Origin: Utricularia gibba
Lineage: Eukaryota; Plantae; Magnoliophyta
Direction of reading: 5' to 3'
Assembly (NCBI GenBank): GCA_002189035.1
Contig: CM007990.1
Span: forward strand, 3,162,001 to 3,226,000
DNA length: 64,000 nt
Of this stretch, positions 12,321 to 25,930 are shown piece by piece; the stretch's first letter is position 1, and every line of letters begins with the position of its first letter. The notes beneath the pieces were generated by a model, which was not told where the DNA came from, searched no databases, and saw nothing but the letters and a program-made list of their open reading frames with translations. Made by a program: the position numbers and the translations under genes.

Positions 12321-13979
12321 TCAAAGATTTCACGTGCATTTGATGCTAGAGTATTGGATCATGGGATATGAGCCATATAAACTAGGACATCCAACAACTC
12401 CATCTTTTACTATACCTTTACTTCTTGTTGCAATAACCTTAGAATTGATTGGGTTATATCCAAGATGGTTGGGGAGCTTCAGAAACTTATGGGTTTGAGC
12501 CATTGTATTCAGCCTACTCTCCAATATGTCTCTCAAGAATGGCCTTTGTTGTTATTAATGAATAGAATCATAAAATACCCCTCTCCACTACTATGTCACA
12601 ATAGCATGAAAATATGACAATATGCTCCTTGAGTTCTTCTCCCGGTTCCCCATGAAATATATTCATTAAAACTATGATTATCATACATTGATAACCTCTA
12701 TATATTGATTAATGAGGCAGCAATAGGTCATGTTCTCCTCATATGCTACTCATGATCCCTTTATGAAATTTCATCCCAAGTATTTACATTCATTAGATTG
12801 GCATGTCTGTCCTTATCAACCACTAGTTCCTTGTTGATGGGTTTGTTTGCACAAGTTTGTGACCATTTGCACACTAGTTTTGCTTTCTTATTGCAATGAT
12901 CCTCATCATGATTTGTTCACTCATTGTGACTATTTTGATGATGTGACTCTTCCCAATTTGGAATCTTCCTAACTACAATGACTTATCAAGATAATTTGTT
13001 TCATACCTCTCAATCTCTATAGATGTGTTCTACAAAATTTGTATAACCTATTTTTATTTTTGTAAAATTAAAATTAATTTTAATTCAGAACAGTACCTAT
13101 TTTTACTTTTATTTTTCCCAAAAATATTTTTGGTATTACACTTCAAAAATTATTTTTGCAAAAATAGAGATAAGCTACTTTTACATTCTATTTTTACTTT
13201 TCAACATAAATCCACCAAAAAAAATTTCTCCTCCTTTTCACAATGCCCCAGAGTTTATTCTCAGTTTTTCTCTTGTAATTGAATGCAGAAATTGGCTGCA
13301 ACCCAATTTGTGGATAAATCTGCTTGTGTTTTAGAAGTCTAGGAACTTGTAGTGCCAAGAAGATGAAGTCCATGGCATTAGAGAAAATCCTTTGACTATA
13401 ACTCACATTAGTTTCTCAACAACTTCCACCATTGCTATTTTCAATGCTCGTTTTAGGGTAACTTCACTTTTATACTCACTGTTTTGTCTTCTCAATCCCT
13501 ATGTTTGAAGAGAAATGTTGTTCGACATTACTTATTTTGTTGTGCTGTTTTGATTAATCTATTTACTGTTTTGTCTTTTTAATCCATCGGGTGGCACCTT
13601 TTTTCTCTCAATCTGCAAAAATACTTGATTAACATTTAATTAGAGATTTGTGTTTGTTTTATTACTGAATAATGGAGAGTAATTACTTAATTAGGAGTGG
13701 GTGTAGGCTGACTACTAGATTCACAATTATAATGTACACTCAAATATTCTTAATTGCCAACATGAATAGGCTGCTCAGCCACATTCCTAATTACTTTAAG
13801 TGGAAGCAATGATTACTTGTGTTTATTTTAACTAGATTGTTTCGTCTTGTATATGGTGGTTAGATCAATTGATGTAGTTATTGCTTTTAAAAGTACTCTG
13901 ATTTCCTTGTAATATTATGTGTTGATTGATTTCAATAATTGCATCTTTCTGATATAGTTATTTTATCATTTTTATAGAT

Positions 13980-14790
13980 AATGGAATCTAATAATGATAA
14001 AAAAAAAGAAGAAGGCTATTAATGTAACTAAGTAGCCTAGTTCCACTGCTTCAAAAAATTATTTCTAGGAATCAACTACCACAGAAATATATTTTTGGCT
14101 TGCGATTGTGGAGTTTGAGAAGAGAAATTTTAGAAACACATCATTTGACAAGGAAGGGTGGGAGCACCTCCTCAATAATATGAATAATGTAAAAGATTAC
14201 CACTTTGACATGACGCAAATCAAGAATAGGTGAAATGCACTGCATGAGTATTGGAGTGTCTACAAAAGATTGAGCAATATGACTGGCTTAGGATGGTATG
14301 AAGATGGATGGAAGATTAAGATGGATCAAGATTGGTGAGATCTTCGTATTGAGGTTCTAACTAAACTCTTAAGTTCATGTTTGCTTCAGTTATTTGTGAT
14401 CATGAATTGCTATAATGTGTTTCATTTTTATGTAGGAGACTCCTCGAGCAAAGGATTTCAAAGATAAGCCACCAATGCAACCATAATTGATGCAAAAACT
14501 ATTTGATGCAATAGTTGGATATGCTCCTAAGCAATATGTGCAAATGGTTAGATTCGATAAAGGAATTTCAACAATGAATCTGAAGATGATCAGACACTAG
14601 TGCCATATGACATTCAATCCATGGATCCTCAACAAAATATCAATATTGAGAGCCAAGATGTATGGGCAGCACCGAAACCAAGGAAACCAAGGGTAAATCG
14701 TGAGAATAGCGATCGAATAATTGCCTCATCTAAACGATGGGCTAATGCTTCCAAGGTAGTTGCATCTGTTGCTGCTAGAAAGGAGTGATT
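13980..14790 (+). pseudogene. PIF Myb/SANT-like DNA-binding ORF, disrupted
   Basis: FDKEGWEHL..FDMTQIKNR*NAL..WSVYKRLSNMTGLGW at 14145-14300 matches the Myb_DNA-bind_3-type pattern. Confidence 0.75.
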
Positions 14791-15479
14791 CTCAATTGAA
14801 CTCCATGACCAGAATTCAAGTAGGAAGTAATTTATGACTTAATGCATTGGATTTGATTAAAAATACTTCTAATTGAGAGATTTTTATGATGATCGATGAT
14901 GATGATGCCCATGAGAAGTGGATCATGCATGCCTCACCAAAACTAGAGGGTAGTACCTCAAGAGCTTCACCTTATTTTAGTATATCATCATTTAGATCTG
15001 ATGATGGTTTAGATGGTTGTTATTATTATTAGTTCTTTTATTGTTGTGTTGTTGTTTGTGATATTTTATTTTGAAACTTTGTTCTGAAAAAAGAATATGC
15101 TATTTTATGTGATCTATCATTTTTGAACTTTGTATTTGGAAAAAAACATATCCCAATATGCATTTATATAATCTTTCTTTTTTTACTTTGTATGTGGAAA
15201 AGAATATGTATTGCTCAAGGTTTTTACTATAAAGAAACTCATATCCTTCTCTTCAATACACCTATCTTCGTGAGATAGCATCCTCTTCAAATTCTTTCAA
15301 TTCTTTTTTTGAAGAGAGTGATCAATATAGTGATCAGTATATGAAAGAAAATAGTGATGATAAGCTTAGAGAAAGCCAAGAGCAAATGCCTTTTCTGAGG
15401 GAAGAAGCTGATTTCTTCAATATTCTTCATGGTTATCATACTCAATATTTGGAAAAAACAAAATCCACATTTGTCCAAC

Positions 15480-16692
15480 CTCAAAGTGGGCTCAGTTGTT
15501 GAATATGTTGAACGGTGCGGATATTAGAGCCTATCAAGATTTTCGTATGAAACCGTCAATCTTTATTTGATTCTATGGATTACTTTTCGATGAGTTCAGG
15601 TTAAGAAAGAGACATCATATCACTGTGGAAGAGGAAGTAGCAATCTTCTATAAGTTGTCAGTACAAGAATGGGCAATCGAAGCGTGCAAGAATTCTTTCA
15701 TAGGGGAGCTCACACTATTAGCAAATTCTTTAATAATGTGTTGGTAACGTGTGATTGTATGGTCATAGTTTGGGTTATCATTAAAAATATATTACCATGC
15801 ATTACGACTGAAAAATATATTAGCATGCATTATCTTTAATAATATATTAGCAAATTTCACAAAGGTATCACCACACATTAAAAATAAGCCTCGGTTTTTT
15901 CCATGTTTTCAGGGAGCCATTGGAGTCATTGATGGGACTCATATAAAAGCATGCATTCTGACTGAAGATAGAGTTTGTTATATAGGTAGAAAATGTGTAC
16001 CAATACAAAACATCTTAGTAGCATGTGATTTCGATATGCACTTCATTTTTGTTTGTGCGGGCTACGAAGGAATTACACATGATAGTAGAATGTTGATGGA
16101 ATGTTTGCACATTGAGGAGGATAACTTTCTGCACCCACCTACAGGTATTCAATAAAATCTTTGATATTGCTATTTATATATATATTTTAATATTATGAGT
16201 TACATGATGCTTTTGTATTCCAATTTTGCATATATAGGAAAATATTATTTAGTTGATGTTGGATTTTCGAACATACCCTGTTTTATGACACCATATCATA
16301 GAACCCATTACCACCTTCCAGAATTTCAATGCTCTAGGCGTGGATATAATCATGTTGAGGAGTTGTTCAATCACAGGCATTCTGCTCTACGTTCTATAAT
16401 TAAAAGAGCTTTTGGTGTGTGGAAGAAACATTTTCATATTGTGAATGATGTGCCATGTAATATGAAGTTACGTCACCAAATACGTTTGGTTGGTACAACC
16501 ATGGACATTCATAATTTTCTTCGACAAGTTAGTCCTAAAGATGAAGGACAGGATTTGACTGAGTACAATGACCCAAATCCATTGCATGAAACTAATGATG
16601 AGTCAGATGAAGTAGAAGCAATGCCAACGACGAATCTTATGGTAGTATTTCGCAATAATATTTGCAATAATCTTTGGAATGCTCATCGTTGA
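15480..16692 (+). pseudogene. PIF/Harbinger DDE transposase, disrupted
   Basis: FQGAIGVIDGTHI..YIGRK..QNILVACDFDMHF.FV.AGYEGITHDSR (15900-16090) and GKYYLVD.GF..TPY..YHL.EF..ELFNHRHSALRS.I.RAFGVWK (16235-16430). Confidence 0.88.
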
Positions 16693-19600
16693 TAATATAG
16701 AACCATATATTTCAAAATAATATTTGAAATGTTTTTAGTTTAAATTTATTCTTAATCAAATATTAAAAATAAACATTGACAATAAAAAATTAAATAAAGC
16801 ATTTTAACTACTAAAATATTTTTGTTTAGAACACTCATTATTTCAAATGTGGTTTTACACAAATTTTTTCATTATTTTTTAGAACACCCTTTTTTTATTT
16901 CTACTTTTATAAACTATTTATACTTCTACTTTTTACTTTTTCAAAAATAAAAATAGATTTTACAAATTTTCTAGAACACACTTTATGTCAAGTGGGTATA
17001 ACATACCTAGCACATTGTTCTTGAGCATGCAACAAAAAAAATGTAGATTGTCTTGTGTAAGAATAGTGAGACTTATGAAAACGAATCCAGAATTAAAACA
17101 ATTCCCCACTAATGACACCAAAAAATTGATCAGAGTTTTGCATGTACATAAAAAGAGTCAAAACACTACATAGACCTTATGAACACTATTATAGGGTTAT
17201 GAGGATTTTTAGTGTTAATACGACAAGAATGGTAACTTGGAAAAAGAAAAAGAACAAAATTTTACTAAAAACATAGTGAAAAAATGAACGCAATGCACAA
17301 GATGTGGGGAAGATGTAAGAACTTCAAAGAGGAATTTCTTTTTCTTTGGGGTACTCTCCTTTATCGAATTGATCCTTGTTTCTTTCCTCTTTTTTGCTTA
17401 TATACTTGCAAGAAAGATTATTTACAAGATGCAACTTTCTTGTTTTGTCATATATGTTCACAAAATCTTCTACATGAGGTGATATATTCTTCTATTTCAG
17501 GATCTGGAAAAATCAAAGACCTATTATCATACTAATGGGAAAAATGCATGTCACATTATCCATTATAGGGGAGCCCTTTACAATTTCCAATAGTGGTGCA
17601 GGTTTCATATCATTGAACATTGATGAATAAAACAATACATGTGACAGGTCTAAAAGTTTTTTTCTTAAACAATAATTTGTTTTCTGAACATTCAAAGTAG
17701 AAACCACATATAGTTCACAAAAAAAAGTAATGCAGCAACAATAAGTACAAGTAAATCGATAGAGAGCAAACAGTTTTTTCTTATTAGTCCTCTGTACAAG
17801 CTAAATTAAATAGGGGGTTTGTACAAAAGTGAGTTTGTACACTAACTGAAATTGATTAAAGACTTCTAATGATTCCTAAATTGACATAAAAAAACAAAAC
17901 AAGTTAATTAGCATTTCTAGTAATAAATATTGGTCATTGTTCTTAATCTGCAATGAAATTGAACATTAAGAAATTAAAGTGCAACTTTAGGTTTCTGGTT
18001 ATTAAGTGTGCAAGCGAAAGGAGAAGGAAATTGATTTGACTAACACATTTAGATGATGAAAGCATTTGAAACATTGAACATTAAAAACATGAAATTGAAA
18101 TATTGCACAAGTTTAGGAAATAAAATGCAAGGAATAAGATTTGCGAGAGAAGTAAAATGTTTGTTCCATTTTCTAGTTCTAGTGTTCTCCGTATCTTCTT
18201 CTTCTGAAATTGTAGGTTACCAAGCCTCCTTGCCTATCATTCAAGTCTTTGCTGCACTTTTGAATGTCAGAGATTTGTTCCAGTGTCACACTAGAACTTC
18301 TCCTACTTCGTCATTTCTTCTACTTCAATCACAAAAACATTTTCTAGAGAGAAATTCTTTTCAAGCATGAGATCTTTTCCTATCTTTATTCACACCAGCT
18401 CGTATGCCAGCTACCCTTAGTTGCATTTGTTGCAAACTTGTTGCCTCTTTTCGCCAACTTTTCTTGTCCTTCCTCTACATGTAGACTTGTAACTACCATC
18501 TTACCCTTGTAATAGTAATCACTTCACAAACTAGTCAGATTATCCAACCTAGCTGAAATGTGCAATACGTATATGGGCTTGGATGAATAGCAATACTACC
18601 AATCAAGGGACTAAGGGAAAAATGACTCATATCATGTTTTTATCAAAAATAATTTGACTAATGTGCATTTTAGTATTTTCACTATTCTAATCAAAAAAAT
18701 CTTAATACTTGAACACTTAAATGGACTCAAACATGTTGAAATATCAAGCATACTCTTTCACATACTTACCAATAACTAGACACTACTAGCGACATTGATT
18801 AATATTCAAGGCTAATGGTTGTTATACTAGACACTACTAGCATACTCTTTGTCATAGCTCCTCTTTTAGTAGCTCAAAACGGTAATGTTTCTTCTAGCTT
18901 CTAGCTGGAACTTGTTTCTACCGGAGAGCTCCCTCCTAACTATCACTATCAAACCTCCCCTTTTTTTTTAGATTTACCCTTTTTGTTCTCTTTCCTTTAA
19001 ATTCAGCTTCCTACCCATACCTGTATCAGACAACCCAATAGAAAGTTACTTAAAAAAGTAACTTTGGCCCAAAAAAGTTCAAAGCAAGTTAAAGGAATAA
19101 GTGCTAAATATCTCAAAAATTTAATCAATTGAGTGCAATCAGGATTGAGACTTGGTAACCTCCCAAGGTCACTCCTGACTAAGGCATTCGATCTGCTTTT
19201 GCAACCTTGCAATAGCTTCTTTCAGCTTGGTCACCACAATAGAACATCCTCAAGTTGATCTCTCTCACTCATGGCTATTGTTGATTGTACTGTAATATTT
19301 TCTCCAATCTCCAATGTTTCATACGCAAAGAAGTTCCTTGTACTCTTCTTTCTTATGCTGAGTTATCCTACATTATTAAAAAAGACAATATCCATGGAGA
19401 GGGTGGGTTCTACATAATTCAAGTTCACCCAGGATAACACAATATTTCCACACAACTCAGCAATAATAAATGTTATCAAATGTCCAAAAGACAACTCTCA
19501 GCCTTCCTACTTCCCATTGTATCAAAACATCAATCAAGGCACTATATTCAAATATTTCTTTTAAGCAATACACCATATTACAAAAATTTCATTCTTAAAT

Positions 19601-20467
19601 AGTGCATTGTAACAATGTTGATGTCCAAATCATCAAGTCAAAATGCACATATGAATGATGCATCGAATCGGGTTCAAAAACAAATGAGCTTTAGTTCCCA
19701 TAATTTTGTACAGGGCATTTATTTGGTCAATCAAAATCTCATGTAATGGACATGAGTCCAACTCATTTTCAATGGGAAAATTGAAATAAGAATTTTGGAA
19801 TTCCACCAATTTTACTTCTAAGCAATCAACAACATTTAATAGTATACTTCACTCAATCAAAGATAATTTGTATTTAATGTCCAACAATTGAAATGATATA
19901 GCCTTAGGTTCATCTATTCTAGCAGTTATGTCATAACGGCACATGTAGGCAAATTAATTTCATAAAGGTGTAGCAAGTTCGTTTGCTTTAGCTTGTCCCT
20001 ACTTTCGATTCCATACCTAATGTATGTAAAGATTGATAATCTATATACCTAGTTCGCTCCAGTGCTGCACTTTTAATCAAGTGATACCCATCTTTCGTGT
20101 TTATGCTGTTGAAATTCAAGTACTATCTTGATAGTCTACCCATGAAACTTTCTATTCCTACCCCACCCATCCTTCTACTAAATTCTTCTAGGGCTACTTC
20201 TCTATCTCATCTATTCAAGTTCTTCTAAATTTCATGTTCTACTTTTTTCGTAATTGATCCAAGTTGCACCTCATTTTCTGATCCCTCTTCTTCTCCTGAT
20301 TCTTTCTCTTTGGCTCTATTTCCCATTCTACTTAAGATTCACTTCCTTCTTTTGGTTCTCCTCCAGTGGTTCTGAATTTTTAGTCTATGGCACAGCTTTT
20401 GGTTTGAGCTTTGGATTTTCTACTTGAGCTTCTGACTCTTCTCTTGATTCTAAGTCTTCTGGCATTT

Positions 20468-21700
20468 TGTTAAGTGCCATTTTCTAGTTATTTATTAGGT
20501 ATTATTATGTATTAATCTAGTGTTAAATCTCCCAATTAAGAATTATATTGATAAGTAAGTGTATTTCCATAGAAAATTCTTATTTTGCTATTTTGTATAT
20601 ATTTTCTGTCTTTTTTCTCACACTTTGACCAAGACATGTCAAGAAATTGTGGTGGAGTGTTGGAGGAGTATGCAGGTGGTCAGAGTCTGACTTTTCATAC
20701 CTTGTACGCGACTTGGAACAATTGTGGGCAAAAGACTAACAGTGGTCAAGGCGCCTGACTTACAACATCTCAGAGTCTACAGAAATCATTATGCGCAAAC
20801 TTGCACGCAAAGGAAGTCTGGTGGCGCACGCAAGACAAAAGGAATGATGGGAAGGGGACTCAAAGGAGTTAATGCACATGGGAAGTCATATAAAAACCAC
20901 TTGGAGCACTTAGTTTCGGACTTTTGAACAATTTCTCTTGTACTTAGAACTTTTGAGTTCTTCCTCCTCTCAAGGAGGAAGAACACTTAGTTTCTTTTCG
21001 TTTCTGTTTCCATGGCTCTTTCAGGCTAATAACCTTTAGTTTCTGGGAAGTAGATGAAGTTTCCTTCCAAGTCTTGAGCAATACACTCGGTTCATCACTG
21101 AATTCAATTCGGATTCCACATACTTCAACGCGTCTGTTGCAGTCTTTCTGTAACGACTCTTAATCAAGGTCCATGAGTAGCAGGCCACTCCTCGCGGATT
21201 TTGTTGAAGATTAAGGTGAAGAGCACCAACCTTTCCGGTTTGAGGGAAGTAGTGGATTGTTTGTGGCCTAGGTACCGCGACAGTAGACAAGTTGTTACCT
21301 CGGACCTGCCACTGGCCATTGGCAACAGTTGGGCACACGCGCACAATTCGGTTTTGAAGGCAATCGAAGGCAATCCTCTTGTCCTCCTAATCGTCCAAGG
21401 GGGAATCACATGAGGCTATTCCTGTGCCTCCTTGTCAATCAGAGTGTAAGGAAGGACAAAGGAAGGAGATAGAATCTTATTCCCAGGAACTGCAACCCGT
21501 AGTCAAGGCCCATCACTTAGGTTGTAACTTTTGTTTCTGTATCTTAAAAACCCCCTTTTGCAAAACTGTGACATTTTGTGAAAGTTTCTTACAAACACTT
21601 TTCACAAAAAACAACTCCCTAAAATCGATACTTGTACTACGCTTTTGGTGTTTTACGTTTTATAAATATTTAAAATTTGTTGAGGAAATAACACGCAACA
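20468..21700 (+). mobile_element. Solo LTR family 'B', copy 1 (1233 bp)
   Basis: TGTTAAGTGCCATTTT...AACACGCAACA; perfect TSD CATTT (20463-20467, 21701-21705); collinear with 56000-57302 and 23586-24830. Confidence 0.92.
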
Positions 21701-22764
21701 CATTTGTTCAGGTGCAAATTCTAGTTCTTTCTCTTTGTCAGCTATTTCATCCTCTTCAAGTTCTTCTAGATTTTTTTCTTCTTCCTCACCCCCACATTCA
21801 GCTTCTACATGTCGCATCTAGGCAAATTCAAAGTCCATATCAATTTCTTTCCAAAATTCCTCACTTTCTCATTCGTCATCTTTTGTGATCATGGGTTCAG
21901 ATTTTGCAACTAATCCCTTCCCTTGTATCTTCTTCTTGGGTGCTAGAGTAGGAATTGCTTCTCCCTTCCTTTTTCCTTTTCCTAATTGCTCTTGTGTAGC
22001 CTTTACTCTAGATTTTGCTTCCTTCTTCAAAATTACCTTCTCCAAATTTGTTGTTTTCTCTGACTTTAGAGAATCCCATCTTTCCTCCGGTTTGTTTGCT
22101 TGATGTTGTGCTACTACTACCACTATCCTTGCTCTAGATCTGGCCTTGGAGCTCACAACCTTTGTTCTCACAATCTTCTTCGAGCCTGTTATGCTCGTCG
22201 AAGTTTTTGGGGGTGACTTGACCAACATCTCTTTCACTATTGTTGCTTGTTTCTCCAGCTCAGCATTCTAGAAATGTCTGCAATTAGCTCTATCCAGCTA
22301 TCTATTGTCCTTGTTTCTAGTGTTTGTACTTTTTGAATTGGGCTCATCTTCACTAGATTAGTTTTCTAGGCACATTCTGTACTAGAATCTATTTGACCAA
22401 AATCTTCTTCCGAAAGTGTGGAAGTTCGTTTTTGTGGTTTTGTTTTCGTTGCTTTGTTCCACTTCCTCCAATTTTTTGATGGGGCATTGTCACTGTCACT
22501 CTTGGATTTTTTGAAATAATCACTACAATCAGAAGAACTAATTGAAGCACCATCAATGATGTTTTGGGTAATACGAGCTTACTATTGGCGAAGGGTTTCG
22601 ATGCTATTTGCTTGATTTTCACCATGCTCCCGATTGCAATATTTGTGCTCTAGCAACCACTTATCTATTTCAAAAAATGTTGAATGTGGTAGTAGTTCCT
22701 TCAAACCTTTGTTGCATTCATAAGGTTTAAACTGCTTTAACTCCACACCCCCCCCTTTGGATAT

Positions 22765-25166
22765 TGATAACACATATTTTTTTGTATTTAAGGATAGGAA
22801 ATTAATTAATATTTTCAACAAAACTCGAATTTTATTATGTATGTCTGCGTTTTTGTGATTAACTCCACCACTATTTGCATCTTTTATTCCTAATTTGGAC
22901 TAAATTAAAATTTAGTTTCAATCTTAGTTCTAATGATTTTCTTGAGCAATGCACCATATGTCAGCATTGGAAATCTCAATGAGCGGAAAAGTGTACAGTA
23001 AATGCAGCATGAAAAGAGGACAAAAGAGAAGAAAGAAAACTACCAAATTCCAAAAAGATTAAAAAGCTGATTTTGAGAATAATGAGGAGTAAGAAAAATA
23101 TTTCCCTATTGAAGAACACACAACACAATTCTAGGGAGGGGATATGGTAGGCAATCATATAAGAACCATGAAAAAGAAGGAAGACGAAGAAGAAGAACTC
23201 ACCTACGCTTGAAGTTTTTCTTTTTGGGAATAGTACTCTTAACTAGGAGTAGTTTTAGCTTTCTACACAAGCTATTTATGATTTCTGTTTCTGTTATTGT
23301 TTATTTTAAATTGTCCAACTCTTGAACGAAGATGATGTTCATGTTATACTATGAAAATGTTTTATTTTTATTTAGTATGAGAGGCTAAGTATCTAAGGGT
23401 GCCTTTGAAACAAAGGGAGAGATAATATACAAATCATTCTTTTGATTTTATTAGTCATAAATCACACCACTTCCTTAACAAATAGGAATAGATTTAAAAG
23501 ATGGAGGTAGTGAAACTTATGTTAATCAACCCTAACTAGAAGTAGACTAAAGGTTAGGAGTAAACAAAAGTTTAAGTAGACCTAGTGTCATTTTTTACTT
23601 CTTTATTATATATTATTACGTGCGAATATAGGATTAAGTCACTCAAATTAAGAGTTATATTAATAAGCATTTTATTTTATTTAAAAAATCCAATTATTAT
23701 TATTTGTATGTATTTTAGTTGTCTTTTTCGTGTATTTTCACCCAAAGTGGCAAAAGACAATCTTGGAATATTGCAGGAGACCAAACACTAACATTTCGTG
23801 ACTTATACGTAAAAGACTGACACTAGTTAGGGTCCCTAACTTACGACATATCAAAGTATACAATAATGATTGGGTACTTATTTGCATGAATGAGAAAGCT
23901 GATTGTACATCCAAGATAGAAAGAATGATAAAAAGGAAGTAGAGGAAATTAATGCACATGGGGGGTGAATTAAAAGAAATTATGAACAATTTGGATTTGA
24001 CTTTTTTCATACTTTACTTCTGCACTTGAACTTGTTCTTCCCTCTCCACCAAAGGGAGGAAGAATACTTTAGCTTTTTGTTTCCATTTTCTGTTTCCATG
24101 ATCATTTGTGGCTAAACATTCTTAGTTTCTGGGAATAGATAAAGTTTCTCAGTCCTTTGTTGAATTTCTTCCGGATTTTGCATATTTCCATGCATCATAT
24201 TATAGTTTTTCTAAAATATCTCTTAGTCACGGTCCATGAGTAGAAGGCCACTCCTTGTGGATTTTGATGAAGAGTAAGGTGAAGATCACCATCTCCAACC
24301 TAAAGTTTTGAGAGAGATAGTGAATTGTCTGTGATTGGAATACCACAATAATGGATGGGTAATAACCTCGTACCCGCCATTGGTCATTAACAACAGTTGG
24401 ACACATGTAGATAATTTGGTTTGAAGGCAATCGATATCATTCCTCTTATCCTCCAAATCATTCAAGGGGGAACCACAAGAGACTATTCTCATGTCTTCTT
24501 GTCAATTAGAGTGTAAAAGAGAGTAGGTTATTCCTTGCTCATGTAACCAATTATTCGAAAGGAATCAGTGGAAGTCGAGGTGAGGATAGACAAAGGAGGA
24601 AACAGAATCTCTTCTAAAAACTACTTCCCTTAGTCAAGGTTCATTATGTATATTGTATTTATTATTTTTGTATTTCAAAAAACACTTTTACAAACCTGTG
24701 ATAATTTGTAAAAGTTTGGCACAAAACACTTTTCGCGAAACTCAACTTCTTAATATTTACACTTATACTACGCTTTAATTGCATTGTATATTTTTCTAAT
24801 TAAAATTTTTTGAGAAAATGACATGCAACACCTAGACTTTTGCTTGTTCGATTCATGATTTGTGATTTAGGTGGGGTTATTTTAGTGATAAGCATGCAGC
24901 CCTTGAAAGTTCCAATGCATCACTTTGATTAATTTTAGATCAAGTATTGCTTTTACAATTTGCTACCTTTCTATGTATTATTGTGAAAATTTTAGTCTTA
25001 TATTAGAATAAATCCTTCAATCGTGACAAAAACAGTATGCATCAACTATCACATAGCAAGTATCAACCCCTTATGTTCGATACTAATCACTATACTCATA
25101 ATTTTTTTGTTATTGAGTGTGCATTAGGTTTATAAATTTTATTTGATACGTGGAAACCAGTATGCA
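22765..25166 (+). mobile_element. Athila-like LTR (TGATAACACATATTTT start), probably solo, interrupted by family B copy 2
   Basis: Same first 16 nt as the family A LTRs; LTR-like end TTGATACGTGGAAACCAGTATGCA; flanks GATAT / ATATC share only ATAT. Confidence 0.6.
23586..24830 (+). mobile_element. Solo LTR family 'B', copy 2 (diverged, 1245 bp)
   Basis: TGTCA...ACATGCAACA; perfect TSD CCTAG (23581-23585, 24831-24835); shares blocks such as GTCCATGAGTAG..GGCCACTCCT with copies 1 and 3. Confidence 0.88.
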
Positions 25167-25314
25167 ATATCCTTAGTCAAAATTCTGAAGCAATGCAGCA
25201 AAATGAAAATAAAATAAAATAAAATAAAGATAATAGCAGAGTTAAAATAAATACCTTTTGTGAACTCTTTGAAACGTATTCTTCAAAGTGGCACATATCT
25301 TCTCCCTCTCTTTG

Positions 25315-25930
25315 CTAATTGTTCTTTAACCCTATTTCAAGATAAAGGTTCGACCAATGATCATTTTCAATGAAAGGTTTAGCATCAAGGCAGTTATCAA
25401 ATAATTCCATCGAACCATTTTTGTTCACAAGTTTGATGATAAATGGCTCTTCCCATTTCAATTTCAATTTTTCTAGGTGAAGTTTGAACCCAGAACGGTT
25501 CAGAAGTACCATCTAACCTGGGTTGAATTTCTTCTTTTCAATTTTACTATCAAAATAACATTTGGTTTGTTCCTTAAAACAACAAGAGTTATTATAGACA
25601 TCCTTTCTCAATCCCTCCAACTCTTGCAATTGAAATTTCAATGCTTCACCATTTGCATTTGCATCATCATTTAGCAACTCAATTGCCCATCTAATCTTGA
25701 GTTCCAAACTTAATTGATAGGTGGAAATTTTTTCCATAAACTACCTTAAAAGTTGTCATACCAATTTGTGTTTTGTAAGTAGTTCAAATTGCCTGCAATG
25801 CATCGTCCAACCTTTGATTCCAATCTTATATGGATATATTAATAGTTTTTTCCAATACTTGCTTGATCTCAATAGTTTTTTTATTGAAAATGTTTTGATG
25901 ATAGAAGTGTTTTGGACCAACGACAACTAG
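25315..25930 (-). pseudogene. Gypsy (Athila-type) integrase C-terminal fragment
   Basis: WAIELLN.D...GEALKFQLQELEGLRKDVYNNS..KEQTK.YFD.KI.KKKFNPG*.VLL..S.FKL...KLK.KW..PF.I follows the Athila INT pattern. Confidence 0.8.

Larger units (their letters stand above)
13021..16983 (+). mobile_element. Decayed full-length PIF/Harbinger transposon with both ORFs
   Basis: TIRs of about 40 bp (AGATGTGTTCTACAAAATTTGTATAACCTATTTTTATTTTT vs rc AAGTGTGTTCTAGAAAATTTGTAAAATCTATTTTTATTTTT); identical 3-bp flanks TAT; Myb/SANT ORF followed by a DDE transposase. Confidence 0.9.
18000..25930 (-). mobile_element. Heavily decayed Athila-like Ty3/Gypsy internal region (integrase C-terminus, env-like acidic/basic ORF, 3' non-coding region) carrying nested LTRs; left limit uncertain
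   Basis: Athila-type integrase tail at 25315-25930. Charged ORF at about 22700-20200 reads through across the 20468-21700 insertion (EFAPEQM|PEDLESREE). Confidence 0.6.

Noticed and set aside
11386-13020. Possible Copia remnant (QVLTKGL-like motif and gag-like traces)
   Set aside because: Too degenerate to fix domains or boundaries, so it was not called as a feature.
21036-21420. Protein-like antisense ORF of about 130 codons inside family B LTRs, with an in-frame 6-nt indel between copies
   Set aside because: A hand comparison of copies 1 and 3 gave about 9 synonymous to about 27 non-synonymous changes, close to neutral. The copies also contain stops and frameshifts, and the region is ordinary U5-like sequence.
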